Of a DNA stretch of 64,000 bases, positions 23,929 through 36,321 are shown piece by piece. Made by a program: the position numbers and the translations under genes. Source of the stretch: Centroscyllium fabricii (lineage: Eukaryota). Under the pieces are notes generated by a model, which was not told where the DNA came from, made no database searches, and saw nothing but the letters and a program-made list of their open reading frames with translations. Location: NCBI GenBank assembly GCA_051313645.2, contig JBNRSN020000003.1, forward strand, positions 212,288,001 to 212,352,000, read 5' to 3'. Each line of letters opens with the position of its first letter. Within the stretch, counting starts at the first letter, position 1.

Positions 23929-24999
23929 TTATGTGAGAAGTAACAAGCCCAAACCTGTGGCCTGCCTATTTATCAAGAATTTTTGCTATATCATCTTCAT
24001 GTGTAAGCTCCTATAGCTCTTTAAGCTTTTGAAGTACAACATTGTTTAAAAACATGGCAGTTGACTTGGTTTGAAAAGATGCCAACCAGGTACTTTGTAC
24101 ATATAAGAAAATCTGGCTTGTAAGTGAGAGTGTCCTGACAACAATGCACCATTGAAGATTTTCAGTTTCTGCTTCTAATCTGTAACATCTGTACACTTCT
24201 ACATTTCCAACTAAATTCTGGAGCTGTAATTCACAGAATGATCCTTGAATAATGACCGCAGATATATTTCTGAAAATTAACTGGTGCACCTCGGATATGC
24301 TTTTCTTGATAGTGCTGTGAAGCAGTGCTGCAAGGAACAACTGTGAATGCTCAGGCCGTACACCAGGTCTGCCAAGTCCCAGTTATTGGGAGTGGCACTC
24401 ACCCGTTGTGGTTTTACAACATAAACTATTTCCATTCATGTGACTCTTAAAAGAAAACACTGCTCTGTTTGTTTGTTTAAATGGGTTTGCAATGTGTCGC
24501 GCTCTTTTGTGGAGATAAATCTGAGTCCTGGCGTTTTTTGGCTGTTGACTGTAGGATGGCTGCTCATCTGCTTTCAAACTGGATGGTTCTATTTTCTTTT
24601 GTGGGGTGGGGAGGGGAGGGGACGGGGTGCCCAGTAATTTTGATATTTGAGAACTAGACAACAAACCCTAGTTGACAGTCTTGTATGCACGTTAATAACA
24701 GGTTAACATGCTTTTCAGAAGATGCCTCTGAACCAGACTGCAGCAGGATTTTTACCAAAAACAGTAGAACCATTCAGAAGGCAGCATAGTTTTGGCAATG
24801 CTGACGACACAGTGCAGGGAAGCAATCATACCCCCTACTGCCTGTGTATTATTCTTAGCATTAAAACTATTGCCCTTTTTTCCTGCGATGAGAGAACCAT
24901 GTGGCTCAGATCAATAAAGCGAATGCAAGCTCCGTTGATGGTATAATGAATCAACACGCTGCCTCATGTGAGACTAAGCCATCCAGATCATGAGAGTCC

Positions 25000-25191
25000 T
25001 ATTGTATCTAAGTCTTTCTACTTAAACACAAAGAGAATTCAAACTACAGAGCTTTAAAAAGCTGTCTAGTTTAGTCAACAGTTAAAAGAGAAAGTGAAAG
25101 TAAAAAGTAAAAGAACCTCATGGCTGTGCAGTGCAGTAGCAGCACCACCACAGGTGGGAGGATAACACATACATACACATCATACATAACA
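25000..25191 (-). repeat. 3' LTR of the host Gypsy
   Basis: Direct repeat of 31585-31765 with roughly ten differences. On the minus strand it is preceded by the polypurine tract agaggggaggaa (25194-25205). Confidence 0.92.
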
Positions 25192-25718
25192 TATTCCTCC
25201 CCTCTGAAATAAAATGTCCCCATTATTCCTCAACAAGTAAATTACATCCAATGCACTCAACTAACTAAGGGTAAAGGTAGACTGCCTCAAACCCTGACAT
25301 TACCCTGGGGGTTATTCTGCCCCATTGTGGGTAAGTCGCTAAGCCTACATATCCAAGCGTCTTGGAGGCCGCCGCTCTCTGACAGGATACCGGTGGGCAT
25401 CGCTGGCTTCAACAGCAGTAGACATTGACACAGGACTGGATGGAGAAGGTGCTTGTGTTAGTCGAAAGTCAGGAGTTTGTACAGGTGGAACAGTCTCTTT
25501 GATTTCCTGTGTTGGAGAAGAGCACTGTGCAGAAGGATGCTGGTTTGCGGTGTCATCTGGAAACAGTTCAGGCCGATCAGCCTTTGGAGCCTCGGTGGCT
25601 GTCTCTGCTCCTAGCAACAGTTGATCAGTGTGTCTTCTCCAGATGACGTCCTCAGCAATCTCAACCATGTACGAAACAGGGCCCGTCTGCGCGATTACTG
25701 TAGCAGGAACCCATTTCT

Positions 25719-26692
25719 TGTAACCGGAATGGTGTAAATGGAATGAGGGCGGGGCCCAAATGCAGAGACACTGAAACATCTTTTATAACTAAACTCCTTT
25801 ATTACACAACCCCATAAAATAGCATAAACATACAATTATATAAGAAACATATTGAACACAAGTCTTATCTAAAGACTGGCACAAACTTCCCAAAATAGTG
25901 AGTAATGGATAGAGGGGTGCCACGCAACCAAGCGCGTCATTCTCCCGAGGAATACAAGTCCAGGCATAACTGTCCAACTTAAACGAGCTCTCCTCTAGAA
26001 GCAGGACATCCCAATCCAAATACTTAAAGAGAAACGAACAAGTCCTCCTCTGCGAGTAGGACATCACAATCCAAATACTTCGTAGAGGATTTGGGAACAG
26101 CTTCTGCATACAGGTATCAAATGTCCAAACCTGGATTCGGATGAAGAAACGAATGTCCAAGTAGTGGATTCAGATCCACAAACAGGGGAACGCCCTTACT
26201 CCACATATGAGTTGTCCATTGCTGGGTTCCCGATAGCAGGGCGCACTGTCAAGGCAGAGTGATATGAGTTCCACCCCAATGCCCCTGTCGGGCAACTCAG
26301 CCTGAGCACCTGAAATAGCAGAGTGCAAAGTAAAGGCTGAGTCAGTCGATCTCCAAACCTCCTTGCCTCTGACGGCCACTCAGCACAGCAGCAGTAACCA
26401 CTTCGTCCCGTGGCCTGTAGAATGAGTAACAGAATTCCAGTCCATACACATTACAATACAATACAATGATCCCGCGCTGCTCTCATGCCTACCTCCAGTT
26501 TATGAACTAAAACCAGCAAGCAAACCCTTTGGTGATAGCCAATAACTTGGAGGCAATGAGAGCAGGACACAACTAGCAATAGACAGATAATAGAATAATT
26601 AATGACATAACAGGGGAACCCGGTCCTCAAAACAGCTGTGAAGCACAGCAAAAACTGTTTTTCATTCTTAAAGGAACAGGCCCCCTGTGACA
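25719..26692 (-). repeat. 3' LTR of the nested element (974 bp)
   Basis: Begins tgtaac and ends gtgaca on the + strand. Minus-strand AATAAA at ~25798-25803. Confidence 0.95.
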
Positions 26693-26843
26693 GGACCCCC
26701 CCCTTAAGGGCCGACGGCGACGGCCCAAATACCCAATATGCCGAAATAGGGTGGGCGGAGGGTACAGAGAAGAGACAACAGTCTACAAAAAAAATTTTTA
26801 AGGAGTGCTTAGACGCTACAGTGTCTGCTGAGCCCCAAATTTG

Positions 26844-26854
26844 GCGGGATCATT
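26844..26854 (-). promoter_or_regulatory. Self-priming-type primer binding site
   Basis: Minus strand AATGATCCCGC lies 1 nt after the 5' LTR, does not start with TGG, and is exactly complementary to GCGGGATCATT inside the LTR (27601-27611 and 26465-26475). Confidence 0.8.
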
Positions 26855-26855
26855 C

Positions 26856-27828
26856 TGTAACGGATTGGTGTAAACGGAATGAGGGCGGGGCCCAAATGCA
26901 GAGACACTGAAACATCTTTTATAACTAAACTCCTTTATTACACAACCCCATAAAATAGCATAAACATACAATTATATAAGAAACATATTGAACACAAGTC
27001 TTATCTAAAGACTGGCACAAACTTCCCAAAATAGTGAGTAATGGATAGAGGGGTGCCACGCAACCAAGCGCGTCATTCTCCCGAGGAATACAAGTCCAGG
27101 CATAACTGTCCAACTTAAACGAGCTCTCCTCTAGAAGCAGGACATCCCAATCCAAATACTTAAAGAGAAACGAACAAGTCCTCCTCTGCGAGTAGGACAT
27201 CACAATCCAAATACTTCGTAGAGGATTTGGGAACAGCTTCTGCATACAGGTATCAAATGTCCAAACCTGGATTCGGATGAAGAAACGAATGTCCAAGTAG
27301 TGGATTCAGATCCACAAGCAGGGGAACGCCCTTACTCCACATATGAGTTGTCCATTGCTGGGTTCCCGATAGCAGGGCGCACTGTCAAGGCAGAGTGATA
27401 TGAGTTCCACCCCAATGCCCCTGTCGGGCAACTCAGCCTGAGCACCTGAAATAGCAGAGTGCAAAGTAAAGGCTGAGTCAGTCGATCTCCAAACCTCCTT
27501 GCCTCTGACGGCCACTCAGCACAGCAGCAGTAACCACTTCGTCCCGTGGCCTGTAGAATGAGTAACAGAATTCCAGTCCATACACATTACAATACAATAC
27601 AATGATCCCGCGCTGCTCTCATGCCTACCTCCAGTTTATGAACTAAAACCAGCAAGCAAACCCTTTGGTGATAGCCAATAACTTGGAGGCAATGAGAGCA
27701 GGACACAACTAGCAATAGACAGATAATAGAATAATTAATGACATAACAGGGGAACCCGGTCCTCAAAACAGCTGTGAAGCACAGCAAAAACTGTTTTTCA
27801 TTCTTAAAGGAACAGGCCCCCTGTGACA
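26856..27828 (-). repeat. 5' LTR of the nested element (973 bp)
   Basis: Near-identical to 25719-26692. TATA-like CATAAA on the minus strand at ~27635-27640, about 30 nt upstream of 27611. Confidence 0.95.
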
Positions 27829-30528
27829 TTTCTGTCCAGTGTTGTAGTTTCGAGCTAGGACTTGCTCTCCAGGATGAAACCATCTCTCCTTGGCTCTTTT
27901 CTCCCTTCTTTCAACTTGAGCTTGTTGTTGATGTTGGACAACGTGCTCTGTCCTGGGAGGTTTGAGTGAGTCAAAACTTGTCCGCAACTGCCTCTTCACC
28001 ATGAGCGAAGCGGGGGAAGGTTTGGTTGTGGCATGTGGCTCGTTCCTGTAGGACAACAGGAATCTATTCAGACATTGGTGGATTGAGTCCTGACCTTGCG
28101 ATGCCTTCAAGGTTTGCACGAACCTTTCTGCCATGCCGTTATTAGAGGGATGGTCGGGCACAGACCTGATGTGTTGGACACCATTCACTTGCAGGAAAGT
28201 TGCAAACTCCTGTGTCACAAATTGTGGACCGTTGTCACTTACGAGTTGCTCTGGTGAGCCATAACGGCTGAACATCTCACCGAGTTTCTGAATTGTTTTC
28301 TCTGCCATGGTAGACCTCATCACAACGACCTCTGGCCACTTGCTATGAGCATCTGCAACCACCATAAACATCTTCTCTTCGAAAGGACTGGCAAAGTCCA
28401 CATGTACATGCTGCTACACTTCTTCAGGCCAATCCCAGGTGTGTAAGGGTGCCAGCTGTGGAACATTCCGGACTCTTTAACACGGAGAACATGTTTTGGC
28501 CTTCTCTATGTTTCCATTGAGACCTGGCCACCAGAAGTAGCTTCTGGCCATTTCCTTCATCCGAACCATTCCACTGTGGCCTGCATGAAGTTGTTGCAGT
28601 ACAGATTCCCTCAGAGGTGGCAGAATGATGACACGGTGTCACCAGAGAAGACAACCTGCCTGGACGGAGAGCTCATTTCTTTTTGAAACGTAAGGTTTCA
28701 ACCAAGGAGAATCTCCTAGCTCTCCCTTGAATGACATCATCCATTACCTCAGACAGAACTGGATCGTTGCGAGTGTACCTTCGCACCTGGGCTACAGTGA
28801 CAGGTGCTCCCTCAACTTGTCTGAAGTAGAAGATGTCTATCTGACGAGGCTCTGGGTGAGTAACAGGCAAGGGCAGCCTCGAGAGACCGTCTGCGTTGCC
28901 GTGCAATTCTGATTTACGATATTTGATGTTGTATGTGTGTCCCGACAACAGCAAAGTCCATTTTTGCATCCTGCTTGCAGCGAGAGACGGAATTCCAGTG
29001 TAGGTCCACAGATTGATGTCCAGGGATGATGGTCCGTCAGGAGTATGAATGTTCTCCCAAACAAGTACTGATGAAATTTTCGAATTCCAAAAACGATGCC
29101 CAATGCCTCACGCTCAATCTGTGCATAGTTACTCTCAGCCTTGTTCAAGGTGAATGATGCGAAGGCGATAGGTTGCTCTTCACCAGAAGGCATGATGTGG
29201 GATATGACTGCTCCCACCCCATATGGTGATGCATCACATGCTAGCTGCAAGGGTAGCTTTGGGTCGAAGTGTCAGGACCTCCGATTTCAGCAAAGCTTTC
29301 TTTGCTTGGGCGAAAGTTTCATTGCACAGCGCAGTTCATTTCCATGTTTTGCCTTGACATAGCAACTGGTGTAATGGCTTCAGCAATGTTGCTAAGTTTG
29401 GAATAAACTTTCCATAATAGTTAAGTAGCCCCAGGAATGAACATAACTGGCTCACATTCTGGGGTGCTGGGGCCTTCATGATCACCTTGACCTTTGATGG
29501 TGCCTTGTGCAGGCCGGTAGCGTCAATCACATGCCCCAGGTACTCAACAGAAGACTGAGAATTCACATTTGTCCTTAAGAACTCTGAGTCCGTACTCTCA
29601 GTCGCTGTAGTGTCGCATTCAAATTCAGAAGATGATCGTCCTCATTCGTTCCAGTGACAAGGATGTCATCCAGGTAGCACTAGACTCCTGGCAGTCCACT
29701 CCAAATTTGGTCCATTGCCCTTTGGAATAGAGCAGGGGCCGACGTAATTCCAAATGGAAGGTGGCAGTACCTGTATAGCCCCTTGTGTGTCACAATTGTC
29801 ATCAGCTCCTTTGATTTGTCATCTACATGCATTTGTAGATAAGCCTGGCATAAGTCGATTTTGCTGAACTTTTGCCCTCCAGCCAGCCCCATAAAGAGAT
29901 CACCAATGAGGGGAAAAGGGTACTGTTCCACCAACAGCACCGGGTTAATAGTCACTTTAAAATCCCTGCAGATTCGAATAGATCCATCCTTTTTTAGGAC
30001 AGGAACAATGGGCGTAGCCCATTTGCTCATGCTCACAGGCTCCAGGACTCCCTTCTCGACTAAGACCTCCAAGTTAGCCTCAACTTTTGGCCTAATTGCA
30101 TAGGGTACAGGTCGGGCTTTGTGAAACTTCGGCTTGCTGTCAGGTTTAATGTCCAGTCTCCTGCTGATCTTTTTCATGCTCCCAAGTTCCCCATTGAAGA
30201 GTTCTGCATGTTTGTTTAAAACTGCAGTCAGACCTGACTCCCCTTTTGACATCATGTGGACTGCAGACCAGTCCAGCGTGAATTTCTCTAGCCACGCACG
30301 TCCCAGTAGAAATGGGTAATTTCCCTTTACCACATATAGTGGCAGTTTCGCAGTCTGTCCATTCAATTTAACTGTCACCTCCATGAGGCCTCTCATGGCC
30401 ACCGGTTCGCCGGTATACGTCTTTAACACAATGTTTGTTGGCTGATGGGTAATATGCTTTAGCATTTTGTTGCAGACAGTGTCTGAAACAAGGGACACAG
30501 CCGTGCCTGTGTCCACCTCCATCCGCAC

Positions 30529-31408
30529 TTATTGTCCCTCCACCAGCAATGACACCCAGTAACCATTTGGGCCACCTGCAACCGTCAATATGTGCACCTC
30601 CTCATCCTCCGAGGTGTCGCTCCCCTCTGCTTTGCTTATTCCATCACGCTGCACTGAATGTGCACTCTTTTTCTTTTGTCCAAATGTAGACATTTTGTTT
30701 TCATGCTTCCCAGCTCTGTCTGTTCCTTTTTTACCTCTACAGACACGTTCGATGTGACCCTTTTTGCCACAGTTTCGGCATTCCAGCTCCGTACACCAGC
30801 AGTCATTAGCGTAATGGCCCGTTTTCCCACAATGGTAACGTGCCATTCCGCACTCTCTTAGGCTCCAACGCCACCTTGTGAACTCTCCCTGTTGAACTAA
30901 ACTGGTGAGCCTCCTTCCGCCATCTCCATGAAGACACTAACTTCCATGGCCTTTTCAAGAGTGAAGTTGTCCTCAGTAAGAAGGCGTTTCTGTATGGCTG
31001 CACTTTGCACACCAATCTGTCTCTAACGGTGTTTTTCAACACCTCGTTGAATTCGCAGTGTTCCGACAACCTTTTCAAAGCAGCAACAAACATAGTCACT
31101 GTTTCCCCTTCCTCTTGCTTCCGTTTGTGAAATTTAAGTTACTCCGCAATAACCAGAGGTTTTGGTGAAAAATGTGCTTCAAGAATTTCCACGAGTTCTT
31201 TATATGTTTTAGTTCCTGTCTTAACTGGCTGTACAAGGCTGCGCAGTAAATAGTATGTCATCGCTCCAATTCCACTCAAGAATGTAGGCACTATCATATC
31301 ATTTGTCATGCCATTTGCCAATACAAAATAGTCAAAACGTTCCGTATAAGCATTCCATTGCTCCACTTCTTCATCAAAATCATCGATGTTTCCGAATAAA
31401 GCAGCCAT
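30529..31408 (-). pseudogene. gag: Gypsy gag with two CCHC zinc knuckles, frameshifted
   Basis: MAALFGNIDDFD...ERFDYFVLAN...HFSPKPLVIAE; LKRLSEHCEF...RDRLVC; HCGKTGHYANDC and CRNCGKKGHIERVC. Confidence 0.88.
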
Positions 31409-31564
31409 TTTGCGTTGCAATTTTCGATTTCTGTTTACTCACTGCATCCGTACATTAGTTTATGCAGCAATCTCTGTTCCAAGTGTTTGTAGGTGAAAAC
31501 TAGAAAGTTCTGACTTTTTCTTTTTTTTCTCTTTTTTTACAATACTAAGTTCCACACACCGAAT

Positions 31565-31582
31565 AATCCCACTTCGTCGCCA
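31565..31582 (-). promoter_or_regulatory. Primer binding site of the host Gypsy, tRNA-Ser(GCT)-like
   Basis: Minus strand TGGCGACGAAGTGGGATT, 2 nt after the 5' LTR, complementary to a ...UCGUCGCCA tRNA 3' end as in vertebrate tRNA-Ser(GCT). Confidence 0.8.
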
Positions 31583-31584
31583 CT

Positions 31585-31765
31585 TATTGTATCTAAGTCT
31601 TTCTACTTAAACACAGAGAATTCAAACTACAGAGCTGTAAAAAAGCTGTCTAGTTAATCAACAGTTAAAAGAGAAAGTGAAAGTAAAAATTAAAAGAACC
31701 TCATGGCTGTGCAGTGTTGTAGCAGCGCCACCACATGTGGGAGGATAACACATACATACACATCA
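31585..31765 (-). repeat. 5' LTR of the host Gypsy
   Basis: Direct repeat of 25000-25191, about 9 nt shorter at its + strand right end. Confidence 0.92.
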
Positions 31766-34700
31766 GTCCCTGGGCTATGGTGAATTAGCTGAGCTCTGCT
31801 GGGCCAACAGTATGGATGCCAAGTGCAGTGTTCCAACATTTGAATAGTCTGTCACCTTTCAATGTCTGGGCTAACACCTAAAGAATTTGGATAAGGCACC
31901 ATTGAGCTGCCAGCACCTGTAGCGCTGTGTCTGAGCGAGAGCCGTTTTAGCAGAACAAAGGAGAAGACTTGGAAAAAGAGAGAGTTCTATAATTTACTGC
32001 AATTGACTGCTCTAAGCAAGTATTGGGTTTACAAGGAATTCATTAAGTTGAGGAAGTGACAGTCAGCATAGGTCTGTGCCATTACTGACCCCAGCACTTT
32101 GATCTGCAACCCCCCGGCCTTGCTTGTAAGTGTCCATTTACCAGGCATGCTATGCAAGCAGTGACCAAGGTCACTAACCTACTGTAATCAGCTCCCTGTC
32201 TTATTTGAGCACATTCATGCGGTGGGTTAATGCATTGCGTTTGGAACCAGTTCCTGGCAAACACACAACCAACCGTGAGAAAAGTCTTCAACCCAGTTCA
32301 GCATGAAGGAGATTTTCAACTTTATTTGACATTGTTGTTGCTTAAAGTCAGTAAGGCTAACTCAAGATTATTTTGAAATAATTTTTCACATCTCTGAAAG
32401 AGTTCTACATCCGAATGGTTGAAGGTCAAAATGTAATTAGTGCTATTCTGACCTGCCAGCATTGGACTGAGGTGACCTTTCCTTAGACTTGGCACTGGCT
32501 TTAAAACAAGTCATGAGTTTTAATGTTACTGACAGTAATTCTTATTAACGACAATATTCTCCAGAATTAACTGCCAGTATTTGTACACTGCGGGTGCTCT
32601 GCATTAACAAAAAAGGCTGCATGAAAATGAAGAAAATGAGAATGCAGTTTATGTTATACGTATGCGTTTAAGGTATGTAGCAATGAGAGGAGCTTCAGTG
32701 AGCCAGGATGCCAGGGGATAGTTTCCTTCTGCATGGAGTTGCCATAGTGATACAAATAAAGTGACTAGTGAGGTAATCGCTTATGGTGGGGAGGTGGTGA
32801 AATGCAGCTTCTGACGACGACATTTCTAAAAACGGTGGATGGTGCTTACATTTCCCCCTCTTTTTGTCTCCTCGGTTCTAATCTGATTATTCAGTTTATG
32901 ACTTTAGGAAAAGTGGGAAATGTGCTGACACAGTGTGTGTTCACCTTTTGACCCCTTTGATTAGCCACCCATGTCTTTCTATTACCATTTCCTTTTTTTT
33001 GTGGTGGGGGGGGGGGGGGGGTGGAGGGGGGGAAGAATTAAGAGCGATCTCTCAAGCTATTCTTTTTCTGGTACATTTTGGGGATTATTGTGAAATAGTT
33101 TCACACCTTTTCTTTTGGGAGAAGAGATTGGAGGAATAATTTCCATGTTAACGTCCAGGAAAGCATTAAATTCTGCTGGCACCCTTTCACTTTAAGATTA
33201 ACTTTTTTTCTTTTGATTTTTAGATGGCTTTGTGAAGGGTAGTCTTTAGCAGACATTTGTGTTGCGCGCTTTTGTGAGTTATACAGTCATGAAGATCACT
33301 TTTTCCACCAGCTTTGCTATGGCAGAAAAAAAAGCCCCTCCTGTTAAAGGATGAAAGTTGGAGACTAATCTGCTTCCATCTGGAAAATCAGAGCCAGGGG
33401 TTGCAGTCATGAGGTCACATCCCTTATGTAAACTGTCAGATTCTTTTTACATTAAAAACGTATCACGTAAATACCCACTGAAGACTTGTCAGAGACACTC
33501 CTAAGAATGCAAAGCCAAGTTCTCTGAAAAATGATGGTCTCTATTTTAGGAGGGAAAATGAGTTTCTTGCCTGTCTGCATAGTAGTTATTATTCTATTGG
33601 GAGTTAGGAGGAAGAGAGAAGCTAAGTTGCTGCAACAAAGCCCAGTGACCATTATGGTAAGAGATGTCCAGAGCATGAACTCACATTGCACTTTCACTAT
33701 TCCATTTCTCCACTGATTCCTAAATGTTTCATTTTCCTCCATTCTTTGAAGTCATTAGGTGGGAAGAAAATAGAGCGATTGAATCCCTGGGGATGTTGTT
33801 TCTGTATGAAGTAGATAGCGTGCTTTCCAGTGTGACTAAAATAAGGGTATTTGCTCAGGAAGCTGTGGATGCCAGCTGGGCAATGGGAAGGCAGGGATTC
33901 CTGCCTGAATGCGGGAAGATCAAAGATCCACTGTCGGGGTCTACACTGAATGTGTGCTTCAGATGGAACAGTTTGTCATGAGAGCGGATGGCCTCAACTG
34001 AAATAACTTGCCTGCTTTTTTTCTAAGGCGTCTCCAATTGATAATGGTGGGAATGTATTAGGAGACGTGGTTATTGTCCCATGACATGGGGATTGTCTAT
34101 CAACACTCGAGTGCAGCAGCAGCGGGGGGAAATAGACTGATTCCTGGACAATATCTTATACCTAATTGTATACCTGCTGAATAGATAGTAGAAAAAAGGG
34201 TAGGAAAAAAGAAACTGACTTGTGTCATTTACTGCATTTAGTCTCTTGCTTAGACTGCTCTGCTTAGTGGTGTAATTGTATTACTTCTGTGTGCAGCTTT
34301 GCCAGATTATACAGTTTAACACTGAGGAAGCTGAAACAGTTTCACTTATGATCCCAGCACAACATCACTAGTGTCTTTTGATCAGTATTTTGTGCCTGTA
34401 ATTCTTGTCACATTTTAGCTGCCTGTTAACTCTTTCACCAGTGCGAACTGAGCATCAGATTAAAGCCTCAAATGTATCCTGCGCTTGCCAGTTAAAAAAG
34501 AATATATTTTCTTACGGCATTTCCATTTCTGATTTAACTGGATGGTTATGTAAAATGGATGTGGCACCAGTTTACTCACTGGGTTTCCACTAAAGAGTGG
34601 GTTTGTGAGAGTCAATAGACATAAAAGTTTTAAGAAAATACCTAGAATGCATCAATTTTGTTTCCTTTATTAAAGGAGCATTGCATTCATAAAAATCTTC

Positions 34701-36019
34701 GGCAAATGCTTTTTCATGAAGACAGCATGCTTTGAATCACTCGGCCTCATTCATTTATGAGAGTAGAACAATGCGTACTATAAACCCCTCCACACCTGCT
34801 CACGGGTGGCTCTTGGGGCGATAAATGTGCTGCAATGGTTGTGATTTTAAAATGTTGCTTCCAGGCAGAGCATGCTGGTTAACTGGCCCCTCCATCCAAC
34901 AAACCGGTGAGAACTGCCAAAATATACTGCATACAGAAAGGCATCAATCTCAAGATGGTGAGCAGCTCTGAGATTCAAACCTATGATTACCTAGTTGGTT
35001 GTCAGCCAATTTCCTGTGATACAGAGCTTCAAGGGGTGTATATAATATGCAAATGAGGGTTTGGATTTTTGCAGTGAGTTTGAACACCATTTTCTCTGAG
35101 ACTGGGGTTTCTCCTCCCTCTGCTGACTGTGAGGCTCCTAAGTGAAATACGTGTGGCCAGTTTTCATCCAGTTCCTACTGTGCAAAGCTGGTATTAATGA
35201 TCACTATTGGCACTAATTTGGTAATAATTAGCACTAAATTGGCAGCTGCACTCCAAGGCCAGAAAAATGTGATACGGGAAATAGAAATGCTGAATTGGCG
35301 CAGGAGGGGTTATTTTTCTTAAATGAGGTAAAGAACGTTGCAGGGGAAGAGTAAAAAGAACTTTTATGTTCTGGTTATGCACTGGTTATCATGCTGTACC
35401 TCACTCAGGAGGGCTTGAAGTTGGATTTAGGCCAAAAAAGTCAAAGGTATTCAGTTTACGAGCACTTACTTAATAACTGGCACAACATTCACTCCAAAGA
35501 TACATGAAGTGTGTAATAAAAGTTACCATACACAAGGAGGTGCATTGCATTGCTTATTAAGATGAGAGTTCACAAGTGAGATACTGATCCCAGCAGATTG
35601 TTCAGGTGTGCGGTGATTCCCTTGAAGAAGGATAGATTGGAGAGGAAGTCGGCCTGTGACAGTCATGGGCAGAACAAGAAAGGCCACTTTAAGGGTGTAA
35701 GTGTGTTGTGATGGAGGTAAGTGAACCATGATCATCTCTGAACAGGGTGTGTATTTGAAGAGTTGAAACATAAATCTACATGTGGCCTCTGCTTCAGAAC
35801 TATTGTTTTTGAAAAGCTTGTAGCAAGTACCGTCAATAGTGGTCCCAAAACAGACCACAGTAAACTCCATGATTTCTCCACTCCCCACTAACCTCAGTGG
35901 GGCAATCGTGACTCCATTTAAAGTGTGTATACCTGATATCATGACAAATGCCATCCTTTGAATTTGGGCTGCTTGACTGATTCCATAGTTGCCCCAGCGT
36001 GAGATGCGGCATTAGCCTC

Positions 36020-36321
36020 AGGGGTCATAGCCTAAGGATAAGGGGTAAACCATTTAGGACAGAGATGTGGAAGGATTTTTTCACCCAGAGAGTGGTGAAC
36101 CTGTGGAATTCTCTACCACAGAAGGCAGTTGAGGCCAAGTCATTAAATATATTCAAGAAGGAGTTAGATATATTTCTTAGAGCTAAAGGTATCAAGGGAT
36201 ATGGGGAGAAGGCAGGTACGGGGTACTGAGTTTGGATGATCAGCCATGATCTCATTGAATGGCGGAGCAGGCTCGAGGGGCCGAATGGCCTACTCCTGCT
36301 TCTATCTTCTATGTTTCTATG
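36020..36321 (+). mobile_element. CR1 LINE 3' fragment
   Basis: RGHSLRIRGKPFRTE...FFTQRVVNLWNSLP plus the CR1 3' UTR and ttctatg tail. Confidence 0.92.

Larger units (their letters stand above)
25719..27828 (-). mobile_element. Young non-autonomous LTR retroelement with a 163-bp non-coding interior, inserted in the Gypsy integrase
   Basis: LTRs 25719-26692 and 26856-27828 (TG...CA, only about four differences seen). 5-bp TSD tttct (25714-25718, 27829-27833). G-rich PPT on the minus strand at ~26696-26705. Confidence 0.95.
25345..30528 (-). pseudogene. pol: Gypsy pol (protease, RT, RNase H, integrase), disrupted and interrupted by the nested element
   Basis: VDTGTAVS (protease); KWATPIVPV, LPFGITSAP and CYLDD (RT, with a stop just before); LACDASPYGVG and EREALG (RNase H); VSDNGPQF and NGMAERFVQTLK (integrase). 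Removing 25719-27828 and one TSD restores ARNYNTGQKWVPATV. Confidence 0.93.
25000..31765 (-). mobile_element. Decayed full-length Ty3/Gypsy LTR retrotransposon (Mag-like)
   Basis: Two ~180-190 bp LTRs, TSD gtcc (24996-24999, 31766-31769), PBS, PPT and gag-PR-RT-RH-IN order with stops and frameshifts. Confidence 0.95.

Noticed and set aside
25789-27515. Identical duplicated ORFs (123 aa and 69 aa) suggesting a tandem gene duplication
   Set aside because: They lie inside the two LTRs of the nested element, start at non-ATG codons and resemble no protein I recognise. Their identity just reflects LTR identity.
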